From a virus (lineage: Duplodnaviria > Caudoviricetes): a stretch of DNA of 62,289 bases. The translations under genes were made by a program, and so were the position numbers. The stretch is taken from positions 1 through 62,289 of IMG/VR virus record IMGVR_UViG_3300025654_000009; one strand, 5' to 3'. How positions within the stretch are numbered: the first letter of the stretch is position 1; every line of letters begins with the position of its first letter. Under the pieces are notes generated by a model, which was not told where the DNA came from, did not search any database, and worked only from the letters and a program-made list of their open reading frames with translations. Of the stretch, positions 46,803 through 56,885 are shown in pieces.

Positions 46803-49027
46803 TGTATAAACAAACTTTATATAAAATACTTGAAAATGTTATACCTCAAAAGGTATTAAAGTCTTACAATAAATCTAAGAAATGGAAGTATGGATATAAC
46901 AAGGAGTTTGATATAGTTGTTATTTCTAAAGATGGCACGATTGATGAAGTATATGAAATACAAAACTTAAAAATTGCTTTACCTCAAAAAAAAGATGTTT
47001 ATAATTTTGAAGGTAATTATTGGGGTAAATTAGAATATCCTAAAGAGTTAAGTAAAATTAAAAATGTATTTGATTGGGAAAAATATCCTGATACTTTTAA
47101 AGAAAAATGGTATGACTATATTGACAAAGAGTTTGAAAGGCGTGAAGAAGGTTTTTGGTTTAATAACAAAAACGTTCCTACTTATATTACTGGCTCTCAT
47201 TACATGTACTTGTGCTGGACCAAAATTGATATTGGGCAGCCAGACTTTAGAGAGTCCAATAGATTATTCTATATATTTTGGGAGGCATGCAAAGCGGACG
47301 TTCGTTCATACGGAATGTGCTATCTTAAAAACAGGCGTTCAGGCTTTTCGTTTATGTCCTCATCAGAACTCGTGCATACAGCAACCACCTCACGTGACTC
47401 ACGTTTTGGCATATTGTCAAAAACAGGGTCGGATGCTAAGAAGATGTTCACCGATAAGGTCGTACCAATATCCCTCAACTATCCGTTCTTCTTCAAACCA
47501 ATCCAAGACGGAATGGACAGGCCGAAGACGGAGCTTGCGTATAGAATCCCAGCATCCAAACTTACCAGAAAGAAACTTGATCAAAATCAAGCCGTTGAGG
47601 AACTCGAAGGTCTCGATACCACCATTGACTGGAAAAACACAGGGGACAACTCATACGATGGGGAAAAATTAAAAATACTTGCTCACGATGAAAGTGGGAA
47701 ATGGGAAAGACCTGATAATATATTAAATAACTGGAGGGTTACTAAAACCTGTCTTAGATTAGGTTCTAGAATTATTGGAAAATGTATGATGGGAAGTACC
47801 TCAAATTCTCTTGAAAAAGGAGGAGGTAATTTTAAAAAATTGTATTTAGATTCCGATGTGGGAAAACGAAACAAGAATGGTCAAACCAAAAGCGGACTAT
47901 ATTCACTTTTCATCCCTATGGAATGGAATTATGAAGGATTTATTGATATATATGGGCATCCTGTATTTGATGAACCTTTAAAAGAATTAGAAGGCCCTTT
48001 AGGAGAGGTTATAGACCAAGGAGTTGTTGATCATTGGAATAATGAAGTTGAAGGACTCAAGTCTGACCCTGATGGATTAAACGAATACTATAGACAATTT
48101 CCAAGAACAGAATCACATGCTTTTAGAGATGAAAGCAAACAATCTTTATTTAATTTACAGAAGTTATATCAACAAATAGATTACAATGATTCTTTAATAA
48201 AAGACAGATTTGTAACAAGAGGTTCTTTTTCTTGGAAAAATGGAATACAAGATACAGAAGTTATTTTTTCTCCAAATGATAGGGGTAGATTTTATGTTAC
48301 ATGGACTCCAAATAAACAATTACAAAATCAATACTATTTTAAAAACGGAATTAAATATCCTGGAAATGAACACATGGGAGCTTTTGGTTGTGACAGTTAT
48401 GATATATCAGGGACTGTTGGTGGTGGAGGGTCAAATGGTGCATTACATGGTATGACAAAATTCCATATGGATGAAGGGCCAACTAATGAGTTTTTTTTAG
48501 AGTACATAGCAAGACCTCAAACAGCTGAAATATTTTTTGAAGATGTGTTAATGGCGTGTGTATTTTATGGAATGCCTATTCTTATTGAAAATAACAAACC
48601 ACGTTTATTATATCATTTTAAAAATAGAGGGTACAGGGGGTTTTCTATGAATAGACCTGACAAAATTTACACAAAACTTTCTAAAACAGAAAAAGAATTA
48701 GGTGGTATGCCAAACAGTTCTGAAGATATAAAACAAGCTCACGCAGCAGCTATAGAATCTTATATTGAAAAACATGTGGGATTTGATTTGTCAGGTGCTT
48801 TTAGAGACTCTGATTTAATAGGTTCAATGTATTTTATTAGAACATTAGAAGACTGGGCAAGGTTTGATATTAACAATAGAACAAAATTTGATGCGTCAAT
48901 AAGTTCAGGTTTAGCTATAATGGCTACACAAAAGAATCTCTACCAACCCATTAAAAAGAAATCAAAAATAAAACTTAACTTTGCAAGATATGACAATAAG
49001 GGAAGTTATAGCCAAATTATACAATAA
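46802..49027 (+). CDS. terL: Terminase large subunit
   Basis: KNRRSGFS (Walker A variant), HDESGK (Walker B), GSTSN, GCDSYD nuclease, IENN; precedes portal. Confidence 0.9.
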   Translation: MYKQTLYKILENVIPQKVLKSYNKSKKWKYGYNKEFDIVVISKDGTIDEVYEIQNLKIALPQKKDVYNFEGNYWGKLEYPKELSKIKNVFDWEKYPDTFKEKWYDYIDKEFERREEGFWFNNKNVPTYITGSHYMYLCWTKIDIGQPDFRESNRLFYIFWEACKADVRSYGMCYLKNRRSGFSFMSSSELVHTATTSRDSRFGILSKTGSDAKKMFTDKVVPISLNYPFFFKPIQDGMDRPKTELAYRIPASKLTRKKLDQNQAVEELEGLDTTIDWKNTGDNSYDGEKLKILAHDESGKWERPDNILNNWRVTKTCLRLGSRIIGKCMMGSTSNSLEKGGGNFKKLYLDSDVGKRNKNGQTKSGLYSLFIPMEWNYEGFIDIYGHPVFDEPLKELEGPLGEVIDQGVVDHWNNEVEGLKSDPDGLNEYYRQFPRTESHAFRDESKQSLFNLQKLYQQIDYNDSLIKDRFVTRGSFSWKNGIQDTEVIFSPNDRGRFYVTWTPNKQLQNQYYFKNGIKYPGNEHMGAFGCDSYDISGTVGGGGSNGALHGMTKFHMDEGPTNEFFLEYIARPQTAEIFFEDVLMACVFYGMPILIENNKPRLLYHFKNRGYRGFSMNRPDKIYTKLSKTEKELGGMPNSSEDIKQAHAAAIESYIEKHVGFDLSGAFRDSDLIGSMYFIRTLEDWARFDINNRTKFDASISSGLAIMATQKNLYQPIKKKSKIKLNFARYDNKGSYSQIIQ
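47064..47672 (+). CDS. Overprinted (+1 frame) putative lipoprotein inside terL
   Basis: 202 stop-free codons; basic N-region, FLLILLALITC signal; local GC ~47% vs ~25-32% in sampled flanks. Confidence 0.5.
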   Translation: MYLIGKNILILLKKNGMTILTKSLKGVKKVFGLITKTFLLILLALITCTCAGPKLILGSQTLESPIDYSIYFGRHAKRTFVHTECAILKTGVQAFRLCPHQNSCIQQPPHVTHVLAYCQKQGRMLRRCSPIRSYQYPSTIRSSSNQSKTEWTGRRRSLRIESQHPNLPERNLIKIKPLRNSKVSIPPLTGKTQGTTHTMGKN

Positions 49028-51484
49028 ATGGAGGATGTAAAAATCACGTTAAACGCAACTGGATTTCCTAGTCAATTTGTTTCAGACAAGGAAAAAGATT
49101 CTTTTGAGTTTGGACTACAAATAGGACAGGCTATTCAATATGAATGGTTCAGGAAAGATGGTGGACAAAGTAGATTCTATAATCAATGGGCAGATTTCCA
49201 TAGATTAAGACTATATGCTCGTGGAGAACAATCAATTGCTAAATATAAAAATGAACTTGCAATAGATGGAGATTTAAGTTATTTAAATCTTGATTGGACT
49301 CCTGTACCTATTATTCCCAAGTTTGTAGATATTGTTGTAAACGGAATGGCCGATAGGATGTTTAAAATAAATTCCTATGCGCAAGATGGAATGTCTTTGG
49401 ATAAAAGAAGCCAATATCAAGTTGCTTTAGAAAAAGATATGTTAGCAAAACCTCTTATGCAGCAGATTCAGCAGCAAACAGGTATAGATGTATTTGCTAC
49501 ATCAGAAGAGGATATTCCAAATACTTCAGAAGAGTTGGCATTACATATGCAGCTTAAGTATAAGCCTTCTATTGAAATAGCTTCAGAAGAAGCAATCAAT
49601 ACTGTTTTAGCTGAAAATAGATATTACGAAATACAAAAACAATTATACTACGATCAAACTGTTTTAGGAATAAGTATTTGTAAAAACTCATTTAAACCAG
49701 GTTCAGGTATATCAATAGAATATGTTGATCCAGCTAATGTAGTTTATAGCTATACTGAAGATCCTCATTTTGATGATTGTTTTTATTGGGGTGAAATTAA
49801 AACACTTCCAATTACAGAATTAAAAAAAATAGATACTACTTTAACAAGACAGGATATGGATGAAATATCCAAATACAGTCAAAGTTGGTATGATTATAAT
49901 AATACAGCTCAATATTACAACAACAGCTTATTTAGTAAAGATAGTGCTACGGTATTGTTTTTTAATTACAAAACAACTCACACTTTTACTTATAAGAAAA
50001 AAGTAAATTCAGTTGGAGCTGAAAAAGTAATTGAAAAAGAAGATACTTTTAATCCTACAGATGAAATGATGGAGGAGGGTAATTTTGAAAAGGTATCTAA
50101 GACCATAGATGTTTGGTATGAAGGTGTAATGGTAATGGGTACTAGTATACTTTTAAAATGGCAGATGGCTGAAAACATGGCTAGACCTCAATCAGCATCA
50201 CAGGAAGTATATCCTGAATATGTAGCTTGTGCGCCTAGAATGTATAAAGGTGTATTTGAATCACTTACAAGGCGTATGATTACGTTTGCAGATTTAATTC
50301 AGATTACTCATTTAAAACTTCAACAAGTAATATCTAGAATTGTTCCAGATGGTGTATTTATAGATGCAGATGGTCTTAATGAAGTAGATTTAGGAACTGG
50401 ACAAGCATATAATCCAGAGGATGCACTTAGAATGTTTTTTCAAACAGGTAGTGTTATTGGTAGAAGCTATACTCAAGATGGAGATTATAACCAAGCAAAA
50501 GTTCCTATTCAACAATTAAACAGTAGTTCAGGTCAAGGCAAAATTCAAAGTTTAGTTGGAACATATAATCATTACATGCAAATGTTAAGGGATGTAACAG
50601 GATTAAATGAAGCTAGAGATGGCTCAACTCCTGATTCTTATTCTTTAGTTGGACTACAAAAGTTAGCCGCATTAAGTAGTAACACCGCAACAAGACATAT
50701 ATTAGATTCAGGACTTCAAATAACACAAAGGTTATGTACTGCATTATCTAGTAGAATTGCTGATGTTTTAGAGTATTCTGATTTTAAAGAAGAATTTGTA
50801 AATCAAATAGGTAAGTTTAATGTAGGGATACTTGATGAGATTAGTAAATTATATTTAAGTGACTTTGGTATATTTATAGAAATAGAACCAGACGAAGAGG
50901 AAAGAAAAATGCTTGAACAAAATATTCAAATGGCTCTTCAAAGAGATTCTATAAATTTAGAAGATGCTATTGATATTCGTGAAATAAGAAATATAAAATT
51001 AGCTAATCAAGTTTTAAAATTAAAAAGAAAATCCAAAGAAGACACTATACAAGAACAAAAAGCTGCTGCTGCTCAACAACAAGCTCAAATAAATCAACAG
51101 TCTCAACAAATGGCTGCTCAAGCTAAGATGCAACAATTTGTAATGGAACAGAAAGCTCTAATTCAATTAGAGGAAGCTAAAATGAAATTTGGTGTTCAAA
51201 AAATGCAGGGTGAAGCTTCTATAAAAGCTGAGTTAATGAATCTTGAATTTTCATTACAAATGAAATTAAAAGGAGTAGATGTTGAAGTGGCTAAAATGCA
51301 ACAAGAGGGATTACAGAAAAGGGAAGATGAAAGAGAAGGTGCTAAATCTAAACGAATATCTCAAGCTAATACAGAGCAATCTAAATTAATAGAACAAAGA
51401 AAAAATAATCTACCATCAGTAAGTTTTGAATCTAACGAAGATAGTCTTGATGGTTTTGATCTTGCTGAATTTGAGCCTAGATGA
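49028..51484 (+). CDS. Portal protein
   Basis: 818 aa after terL; PIIPKFVDIVVNG motif; Gln-rich C-terminal coiled coil. Confidence 0.85.
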   Translation: MEDVKITLNATGFPSQFVSDKEKDSFEFGLQIGQAIQYEWFRKDGGQSRFYNQWADFHRLRLYARGEQSIAKYKNELAIDGDLSYLNLDWTPVPIIPKFVDIVVNGMADRMFKINSYAQDGMSLDKRSQYQVALEKDMLAKPLMQQIQQQTGIDVFATSEEDIPNTSEELALHMQLKYKPSIEIASEEAINTVLAENRYYEIQKQLYYDQTVLGISICKNSFKPGSGISIEYVDPANVVYSYTEDPHFDDCFYWGEIKTLPITELKKIDTTLTRQDMDEISKYSQSWYDYNNTAQYYNNSLFSKDSATVLFFNYKTTHTFTYKKKVNSVGAEKVIEKEDTFNPTDEMMEEGNFEKVSKTIDVWYEGVMVMGTSILLKWQMAENMARPQSASQEVYPEYVACAPRMYKGVFESLTRRMITFADLIQITHLKLQQVISRIVPDGVFIDADGLNEVDLGTGQAYNPEDALRMFFQTGSVIGRSYTQDGDYNQAKVPIQQLNSSSGQGKIQSLVGTYNHYMQMLRDVTGLNEARDGSTPDSYSLVGLQKLAALSSNTATRHILDSGLQITQRLCTALSSRIADVLEYSDFKEEFVNQIGKFNVGILDEISKLYLSDFGIFIEIEPDEEERKMLEQNIQMALQRDSINLEDAIDIREIRNIKLANQVLKLKRKSKEDTIQEQKAAAAQQQAQINQQSQQMAAQAKMQQFVMEQKALIQLEEAKMKFGVQKMQGEASIKAELMNLEFSLQMKLKGVDVEVAKMQQEGLQKREDEREGAKSKRISQANTEQSKLIEQRKNNLPSVSFESNEDSLDGFDLAEFEPR

Positions 51485-51501
51485 TTAAAATAATTAAATA
51501 T

Positions 51502-51509
51502 TAACTTTG
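51502..51509 (+). promoter_or_regulatory. -7 promoter element TAACTTTG
   Basis: Intergenic TAnnTTTG before the scaffold gene. Confidence 0.55.
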
Positions 51510-51524
51510 TAAAAATAAAATCAA

Positions 51525-52619
51525 ATGGAATTTAAAGTAAAAGAAGTAAACCCTGTAACAGAAAAATCTGTTCAGGAAGTAGAAGCAAAACTGCTTGAAA
51601 AACATGATGAAGAATTAACACAGGTAGAAACTACTTCTGTTGAAGATACAAGTGTAAATAAAGTAGATGAAGAACCGATAAATGAAGATATCGGATTAAA
51701 AGACGAAGATGTTCTTTCATATATTAAAACCAGATATAATAAAGATATATCATCTGTAGATGATTTGTTTGTTGAAAGAGAGCAAGCAAAAGATTTACCT
51801 GAAGATGTTTCTAAATATTTAGATTATAAAAAAGCTACAGGGCGTGGATTTGAAGATTTCGTAAAAGTAAATAAAAATTACGATGACTTAAATGAAGACC
51901 AGGTATTAGAAGAGTACTATTCTTTAACTGAATCAGACTTAGATAGTGAAGACATTTATTATCTAATGGAAGAAAAGTTTTCATATGATGAAGAGTTAGA
52001 TGATGAAAAAGAGATAAAGAAAAAGAATATTGCTAAAAAAAGAGAACTTTCAAAAGCAAAAACATATCTTAATGAGTTAAAAGAAAAATACAGAGTTCCT
52101 CTTGAGTCAAGTGGGGGTTCTATTTCTGAAGAACAAGCTAAAGATATACAAGCTTACAAGAGTTATATAGAAAATTCAAAGTCAGCTGAAGAAGTTGCTA
52201 AAAGAAAAAGTGAGTTTTTCAAAAAACAAACAAGTGAAGTTTTTAATTCCGAGTTCAAAGGTTTTGAGTTCAATGTAGGAGATAAAAACGTAAACTATTC
52301 TTATGGCGATGCTGCTGAAATGAAGTCTAAACAAAGCGATTTAAACAATTTTATTGGCAAGTATGTTGATGATAATGGTTTAATTAAAGATGCTAAAGGG
52401 TGGCATTCGGCATTAGCTGCTGCAATGGATCCTCAGCGTTTTGCCAATTATTTTTATGAGCAAGGGAAGTCTGATGCGATAGGTGATGTTAGTAAAAAAA
52501 GTAAAAACGTCAACATGTCGGTAAGAAAAACTCCCCAAGTGATTGGAGAAGGTGGATTTAAAGCTAGGCAAATTTCAGATACAAGCGGCAGAGGATTAAA
52601 AATTAGAAGTAAAAAATAA
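51525..52619 (+). CDS. Putative capsid scaffolding protein
   Basis: Highly acidic helical 364 aa between portal and capsid. Confidence 0.7.
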   Translation: MEFKVKEVNPVTEKSVQEVEAKLLEKHDEELTQVETTSVEDTSVNKVDEEPINEDIGLKDEDVLSYIKTRYNKDISSVDDLFVEREQAKDLPEDVSKYLDYKKATGRGFEDFVKVNKNYDDLNEDQVLEEYYSLTESDLDSEDIYYLMEEKFSYDEELDDEKEIKKKNIAKKRELSKAKTYLNELKEKYRVPLESSGGSISEEQAKDIQAYKSYIENSKSAEEVAKRKSEFFKKQTSEVFNSEFKGFEFNVGDKNVNYSYGDAAEMKSKQSDLNNFIGKYVDDNGLIKDAKGWHSALAAAMDPQRFANYFYEQGKSDAIGDVSKKSKNVNMSVRKTPQVIGEGGFKARQISDTSGRGLKIRSKK

Positions 52620-52643
52620 GTTTAAAAATTTAAAACAAAAATT

Positions 52644-54062
52644 ATGGCAGTAGATGCAGTACCAGGTTTTGACTTGCAGCCAAGTTCAGAACAAGTCTTA
52701 TTACAGACAAATTATATTACTAACTTTGATTTCTTAAATCAGTATCTTCCAGATACTTACGAAAAAGAATTTGAACGTTATGGAAACAGAACAGTAGCAT
52801 CATTCTTAAGAATGGTTGGTGCTGAGATGCCTTCTAATTCTGACCTTATTAAATGGGCAGAACAAGGAAGATTACACACGAAGTATACTAACGTAACTTC
52901 TGCAGCAGCAGCAGGACAGTTAACAGCTACTTTAACAATTGGAGATACTTTAGTACCAGGAGCTGGTTCTATTGCTATTCGTGTTGGACAAACAATTATG
53001 TTATCTGACAGCACAGCAGGTTCAGTTCTTAGCAACAAAGCTATTGTAACAGCAGTTAATACAGGAGCTGGAACAATTGATGTAGCTTACTATGAAGCAG
53101 CAGGTCAAGGAGTTGCAGCAGCAGTAGTATGTTCTTTATTTATTTATGGTTCAGAATTCCAGAAAGGATCTATTGGAATGCAGGGTCAATTAGAAGCTGA
53201 TGATCAGATTTTCTCTAATTCTCCAATTATCATTAAAGACCGTTACGCAGTAAGTGGTTCTGACATGGCGCAGATTGGATGGATTGAAGTTACAACTGAA
53301 AATGGAGCAACAGGTTTCTTATGGTATATGAAATCAGAGCATGAAACTAGACTTCGTTTTGAAGACTATCTAGAAACAGCTATGGTTGAAGCAGTACCAG
53401 CTGAAGCAGCTTCAGGAGCAGCAGCAATTGTTGAAGGTGTAGCAAGTGGTGTAGGTAACAAAGGTTCAGAAGGACTTTTCTATGTAGTTGAAGAAAGAGG
53501 AAATGTATGGAGTGGTGGTAACCCAACAGCTCTTGCAGATTTTGATGCTATTATTCAGCGATTAGACAAGCAAGGTTCTATTGAAGAAAATGTTATTTTC
53601 TTAAACAGAGAGTTTGGATTTGATATTGATGATATGTTGGCATCACAAAACTCTTATGGAGCAGGTGGTACATCATATGGTCTTTTTGACAATGATGAAG
53701 AAATGGCTCTTAACTTAGGTTTCTCAGGATTCCGTAGAGGTTATGACTTTTACAAAACAGACTGGAAATATCTTAACGACCCTACAATGCGTGGAGGTTT
53801 AGTAGGTGGAGCTATTAATGGGGTACTTGTACCTGCAGGTTCTACTACAGTATATGACCAAGTGTTAGGTAAAAACGCTAAAAGACCATTCTTACATGTA
53901 CGTTACAGAGCTTCAGAAACTGAAGACAGACGTTATAAGACTTGGATTACAGGTTCAGCAGGTGGAGCAGCTACTTCTAGCTTAGATGCTATGGAAGTAA
54001 ACTTCTTATCTGAAAGAGCTTTATGTACTTTAGGTGCTAACAACTTCTTCTTATTCAAATAA
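52644..54062 (+). CDS. Major capsid protein
   Basis: 472 aa; position after scaffold; biased codons; followed by a terminator. Confidence 0.8.
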   Translation: MAVDAVPGFDLQPSSEQVLLQTNYITNFDFLNQYLPDTYEKEFERYGNRTVASFLRMVGAEMPSNSDLIKWAEQGRLHTKYTNVTSAAAAGQLTATLTIGDTLVPGAGSIAIRVGQTIMLSDSTAGSVLSNKAIVTAVNTGAGTIDVAYYEAAGQGVAAAVVCSLFIYGSEFQKGSIGMQGQLEADDQIFSNSPIIIKDRYAVSGSDMAQIGWIEVTTENGATGFLWYMKSEHETRLRFEDYLETAMVEAVPAEAASGAAAIVEGVASGVGNKGSEGLFYVVEERGNVWSGGNPTALADFDAIIQRLDKQGSIEENVIFLNREFGFDIDDMLASQNSYGAGGTSYGLFDNDEEMALNLGFSGFRRGYDFYKTDWKYLNDPTMRGGLVGGAINGVLVPAGSTTVYDQVLGKNAKRPFLHVRYRASETEDRRYKTWITGSAGGAATSSLDAMEVNFLSERALCTLGANNFFLFK

Positions 54063-54074
54063 GATGATTACATT

Positions 54075-54112
54075 AAGGACTTGGGTCGCATAGCGGCCCT
54101 CTCCTTTTTTTT
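54075..54112 (+). terminator. Intrinsic terminator after the capsid gene
   Basis: AAGGA..GGGTCGC-ATA-GCGGCCC..TCCTTTTTTTT. Confidence 0.8.
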
Positions 54113-54134
54113 ATAAACTTTAAATCAAATCAAA

Positions 54135-54878
54135 ATGAAAAAAAAGAAAGAAGCTTTTGTAAATAAAAGCTACAAGCTTACCAGAGACAAAGCTCCATTG
54201 AGCTACACAATTCCATCAAGGAATACAAAAAGAAGTGCATTATTATATTTTGACGAAGAGACTGGACAAAACAGATCTATGCGTTATGCTAAAAATCAAA
54301 AAAGTATTTTTGAAGAAGAGCAAGATGGTAATGTTATATTAGAACCTATTATTTTTGAAGATGGATTTTTACAAGTCCCAAAACAAAACCAAATACTACA
54401 AGAATTTTTAGCTTATCATCCAGGAAATGGTAACATATTTGTTGAAGTTGACAAAGAAAAAGACGCAGCTCTTGATGTTGACAATATGGATTTAACTTTA
54501 GAGGCTATGATGGCAGCAAAAGAGTTAGATATTGAGATGTTAGAAACGATAGCTAGAGTTGTAATAGGTGCAAGAGTAGAAAAAATGACATCAGCTGAAC
54601 TAAAACGTGATGTTAGAATGTTTGCTCAAAGATATCCACAAGATTTCTTAGAGTCTATTAATGACCCTTTATTAAGTCTTCAGAATAAATGTGCTAAATT
54701 TTTTGCAGAAAGTTTATTGATATTAAAAAACAATAAAGACGTTTACTATAACTTAAAAGGAAACAAAAAGAAACTACTTACAGTTCCTTATGGTGAAGAC
54801 CCTTTATTTATATTAGCATCATTTCTTCAAAGTGATGAAGGCATAGAGGTATTAAGAATATTGGAAGACAAGCTATAA
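54135..54878 (+). CDS. Hypothetical protein (head-tail region)
   Basis: 247-aa ORF after the capsid gene. Confidence 0.7.
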   Translation: MKKKKEAFVNKSYKLTRDKAPLSYTIPSRNTKRSALLYFDEETGQNRSMRYAKNQKSIFEEEQDGNVILEPIIFEDGFLQVPKQNQILQEFLAYHPGNGNIFVEVDKEKDAALDVDNMDLTLEAMMAAKELDIEMLETIARVVIGARVEKMTSAELKRDVRMFAQRYPQDFLESINDPLLSLQNKCAKFFAESLLILKNNKDVYYNLKGNKKKLLTVPYGEDPLFILASFLQSDEGIEVLRILEDKL

Positions 54879-54905
54879 CCAATAAAAAAAATAAGCTTAT
54901 TCCCC

Positions 54906-54941
54906 AAAGGGGCTTCACAAAAAAATGAAGCTCCTTTTTTT
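54906..54941 (+). terminator. Intrinsic terminator
   Basis: AAAGGGGCTTCA-loop-TGAAGCTCCTTTTTTT. Confidence 0.75.
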
Positions 54942-54942
54942 G

Positions 54943-54950
54943 TATCTTTG
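54943..54950 (+). promoter_or_regulatory. -7 promoter element TATCTTTG
   Basis: TAnnTTTG right after the terminator, before the tail genes. Confidence 0.6.
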
Positions 54951-54967
54951 TCAAAAGATTAAATAGT

Positions 54968-55954
54968 ATGAGTTTAATAAATACAGTAAGAGCAACGGTT
55001 CTTTCTATTGCAAATAAAAATAATTTTGGGTATATAACACCCAATGATTTTAACCTATATGCAAAGCAAGCGCAATTGGATATTTTTGAAGATTATTTTT
55101 ACCAATATAATTCCCAAATTGTAAAACAAAACGCTAGAGTTTCAGGTGAAGGTTATGCTGATTTAGTAAAAGGAATAGTTGAAGTAATAGATAGTTTTTC
55201 ATCTACAAAAGGATTAATAAACACAGGTATAAATTTATTTAATTTACCTGAAGATTACTATTTAATTAATAAAGTTAATTATTATCCAAATGTCACAGCA
55301 ACAGGTACAATAACTTTTGGTTCAACAGGAACAACTTTAATTGATTCAGCCGCAAATTTTGTAACAGGAGGTCAGGTAAAATCAGGTCAGTTAATAACTA
55401 ATACTACAGGTGGTGGTGTTTTTTCTGGAGCAAGCGCTTTTGTAGTAAGTGTAGATAGTGAGACCCAATTGACAATATCAAGTAATAATTTTTTAAGTGG
55501 CTCATTTTTAAATACTAGTTACAGTATTGTGACTACAAAGGGAATTACAGAAGTTGAAAGAGTATCTCAAAATAAAATATTTTACCTAAATTCATCTCCA
55601 TTAACAAGCCCAGGTCTTACATTTCCTGCATATGTTTTAGGTGGTGCAAATAATGTTGATTTAGGAAATACTATTACAGTTTATCCAGATACAATAACTA
55701 CAGCAGGAACACTTGTTTCTCAGTATATTAGATATCCTAAAGATCCTAATTGGACTTATTTAAATATTATTACTGGTGGAGACCCTAGTTTTGATGAAAC
55801 AGCAGCAGATTATCAGGATTTTGAATTACCGCTGTCAGATGAGCCTAATATTGTAAATAAAATATTACAGTATGCAGGGATGTCTATAAGAGAAGGAGCA
55901 TTGGTTCAATTTGGAAAAGCAGAAGAAAACGAAGCAACTCAACAAGAAGGATAG
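54968..55954 (+). CDS. Putative tail adaptor/ring protein
   Basis: GYITPNDFNLYAKQAQ and YIRYPKDPNW motifs; position. Confidence 0.6.
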   Translation: MSLINTVRATVLSIANKNNFGYITPNDFNLYAKQAQLDIFEDYFYQYNSQIVKQNARVSGEGYADLVKGIVEVIDSFSSTKGLINTGINLFNLPEDYYLINKVNYYPNVTATGTITFGSTGTTLIDSAANFVTGGQVKSGQLITNTTGGGVFSGASAFVVSVDSETQLTISSNNFLSGSFLNTSYSIVTTKGITEVERVSQNKIFYLNSSPLTSPGLTFPAYVLGGANNVDLGNTITVYPDTITTAGTLVSQYIRYPKDPNWTYLNIITGGDPSFDETAADYQDFELPLSDEPNIVNKILQYAGMSIREGALVQFGKAEENEATQQEG

Positions 55955-55957
55955 ATT

Positions 55958-56884
55958 ATGGCATATTTAACAGATTATCAATATTACGAAAACAATGGAA
56001 ACCCAAATTCAGAAGATGCAAATTGGGGTTCATATCAATATATAACATTAAATGACATTGTAAATAACTTTATGTTAATGTATGTTGGGAATGACAAACT
56101 AATAAACAACGTTGAGAGGTATAATATAATATTTCATGCTAAAAGAGCTATTCAGGAATTAAATTATGATTCTCTTAAAGAAATTAAAATTCTTGAACTA
56201 CAGGTTTGTGATACATTAAGATATGTTTTACCACAAGATTATGTTAATTGGGTTAGGATTTCTTTGTACAAGAATGGTACACTAATGCCTCTTACTGAGA
56301 ATATTCAAACAAATTGGAGCGATGCTTATTTACAAGATAATAATTGTAGAATATTATTTGACCACGATGGAAATATATTAAAACCATCTACTTCAACATT
56401 AGATTTAGATAGAATTTCAAAAGGTAAGAAAAGTATATACTTAAATCAACAAAGTCAATATAACGGACAAGAAGGGTATTTTTATAATGGCTTATGGTAT
56501 TTTGAATATCCTGTTGGTGCTAGGTATGGTTTAAATACAGAAACAGCAAATGCAAATCCAACTTTTAAAATAAATAAAAAAGGTGGTGTTATTAACTTTA
56601 GTTCAGATATGGCAGATGAGTTGGTAGTTCTTGAGTATGTATCAGATGGTATGGAAGGTGGAGTAGACTCTGAGATAAGCGTTAATAAGTTGTTTGAAGA
56701 GTTTATTTATTCATATATAAAGTTTGTAATACTTCAAAGTAAATTTGGTATACAAGAGTACATCATAAATAGAGCTAGAAAAGAGAAATCAGCTCTTCTA
56801 AGGAATTCAAAATTAAGGTTGAGCAATATACACCCAGGAAGATTATTGATGAATCTAAGGGGACAAAATAAGTGGATAAAATAA
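55958..56884 (+). CDS. Putative tail adaptor/ring protein
   Basis: LPQDYVNWVRIS and LEYVSDG motifs; position. Confidence 0.6.
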   Translation: MAYLTDYQYYENNGNPNSEDANWGSYQYITLNDIVNNFMLMYVGNDKLINNVERYNIIFHAKRAIQELNYDSLKEIKILELQVCDTLRYVLPQDYVNWVRISLYKNGTLMPLTENIQTNWSDAYLQDNNCRILFDHDGNILKPSTSTLDLDRISKGKKSIYLNQQSQYNGQEGYFYNGLWYFEYPVGARYGLNTETANANPTFKINKKGGVINFSSDMADELVVLEYVSDGMEGGVDSEISVNKLFEEFIYSYIKFVILQSKFGIQEYIINRARKEKSALLRNSKLRLSNIHPGRLLMNLRGQNKWIK

Positions 56885-56885
56885 T

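Noticed and set aside
52093-52120. Possible hairpin within the scaffold gene (PLESSGG codons)
   Set aside because: Relies on many G-U pairs and has no adjacent slippery site or U-tract
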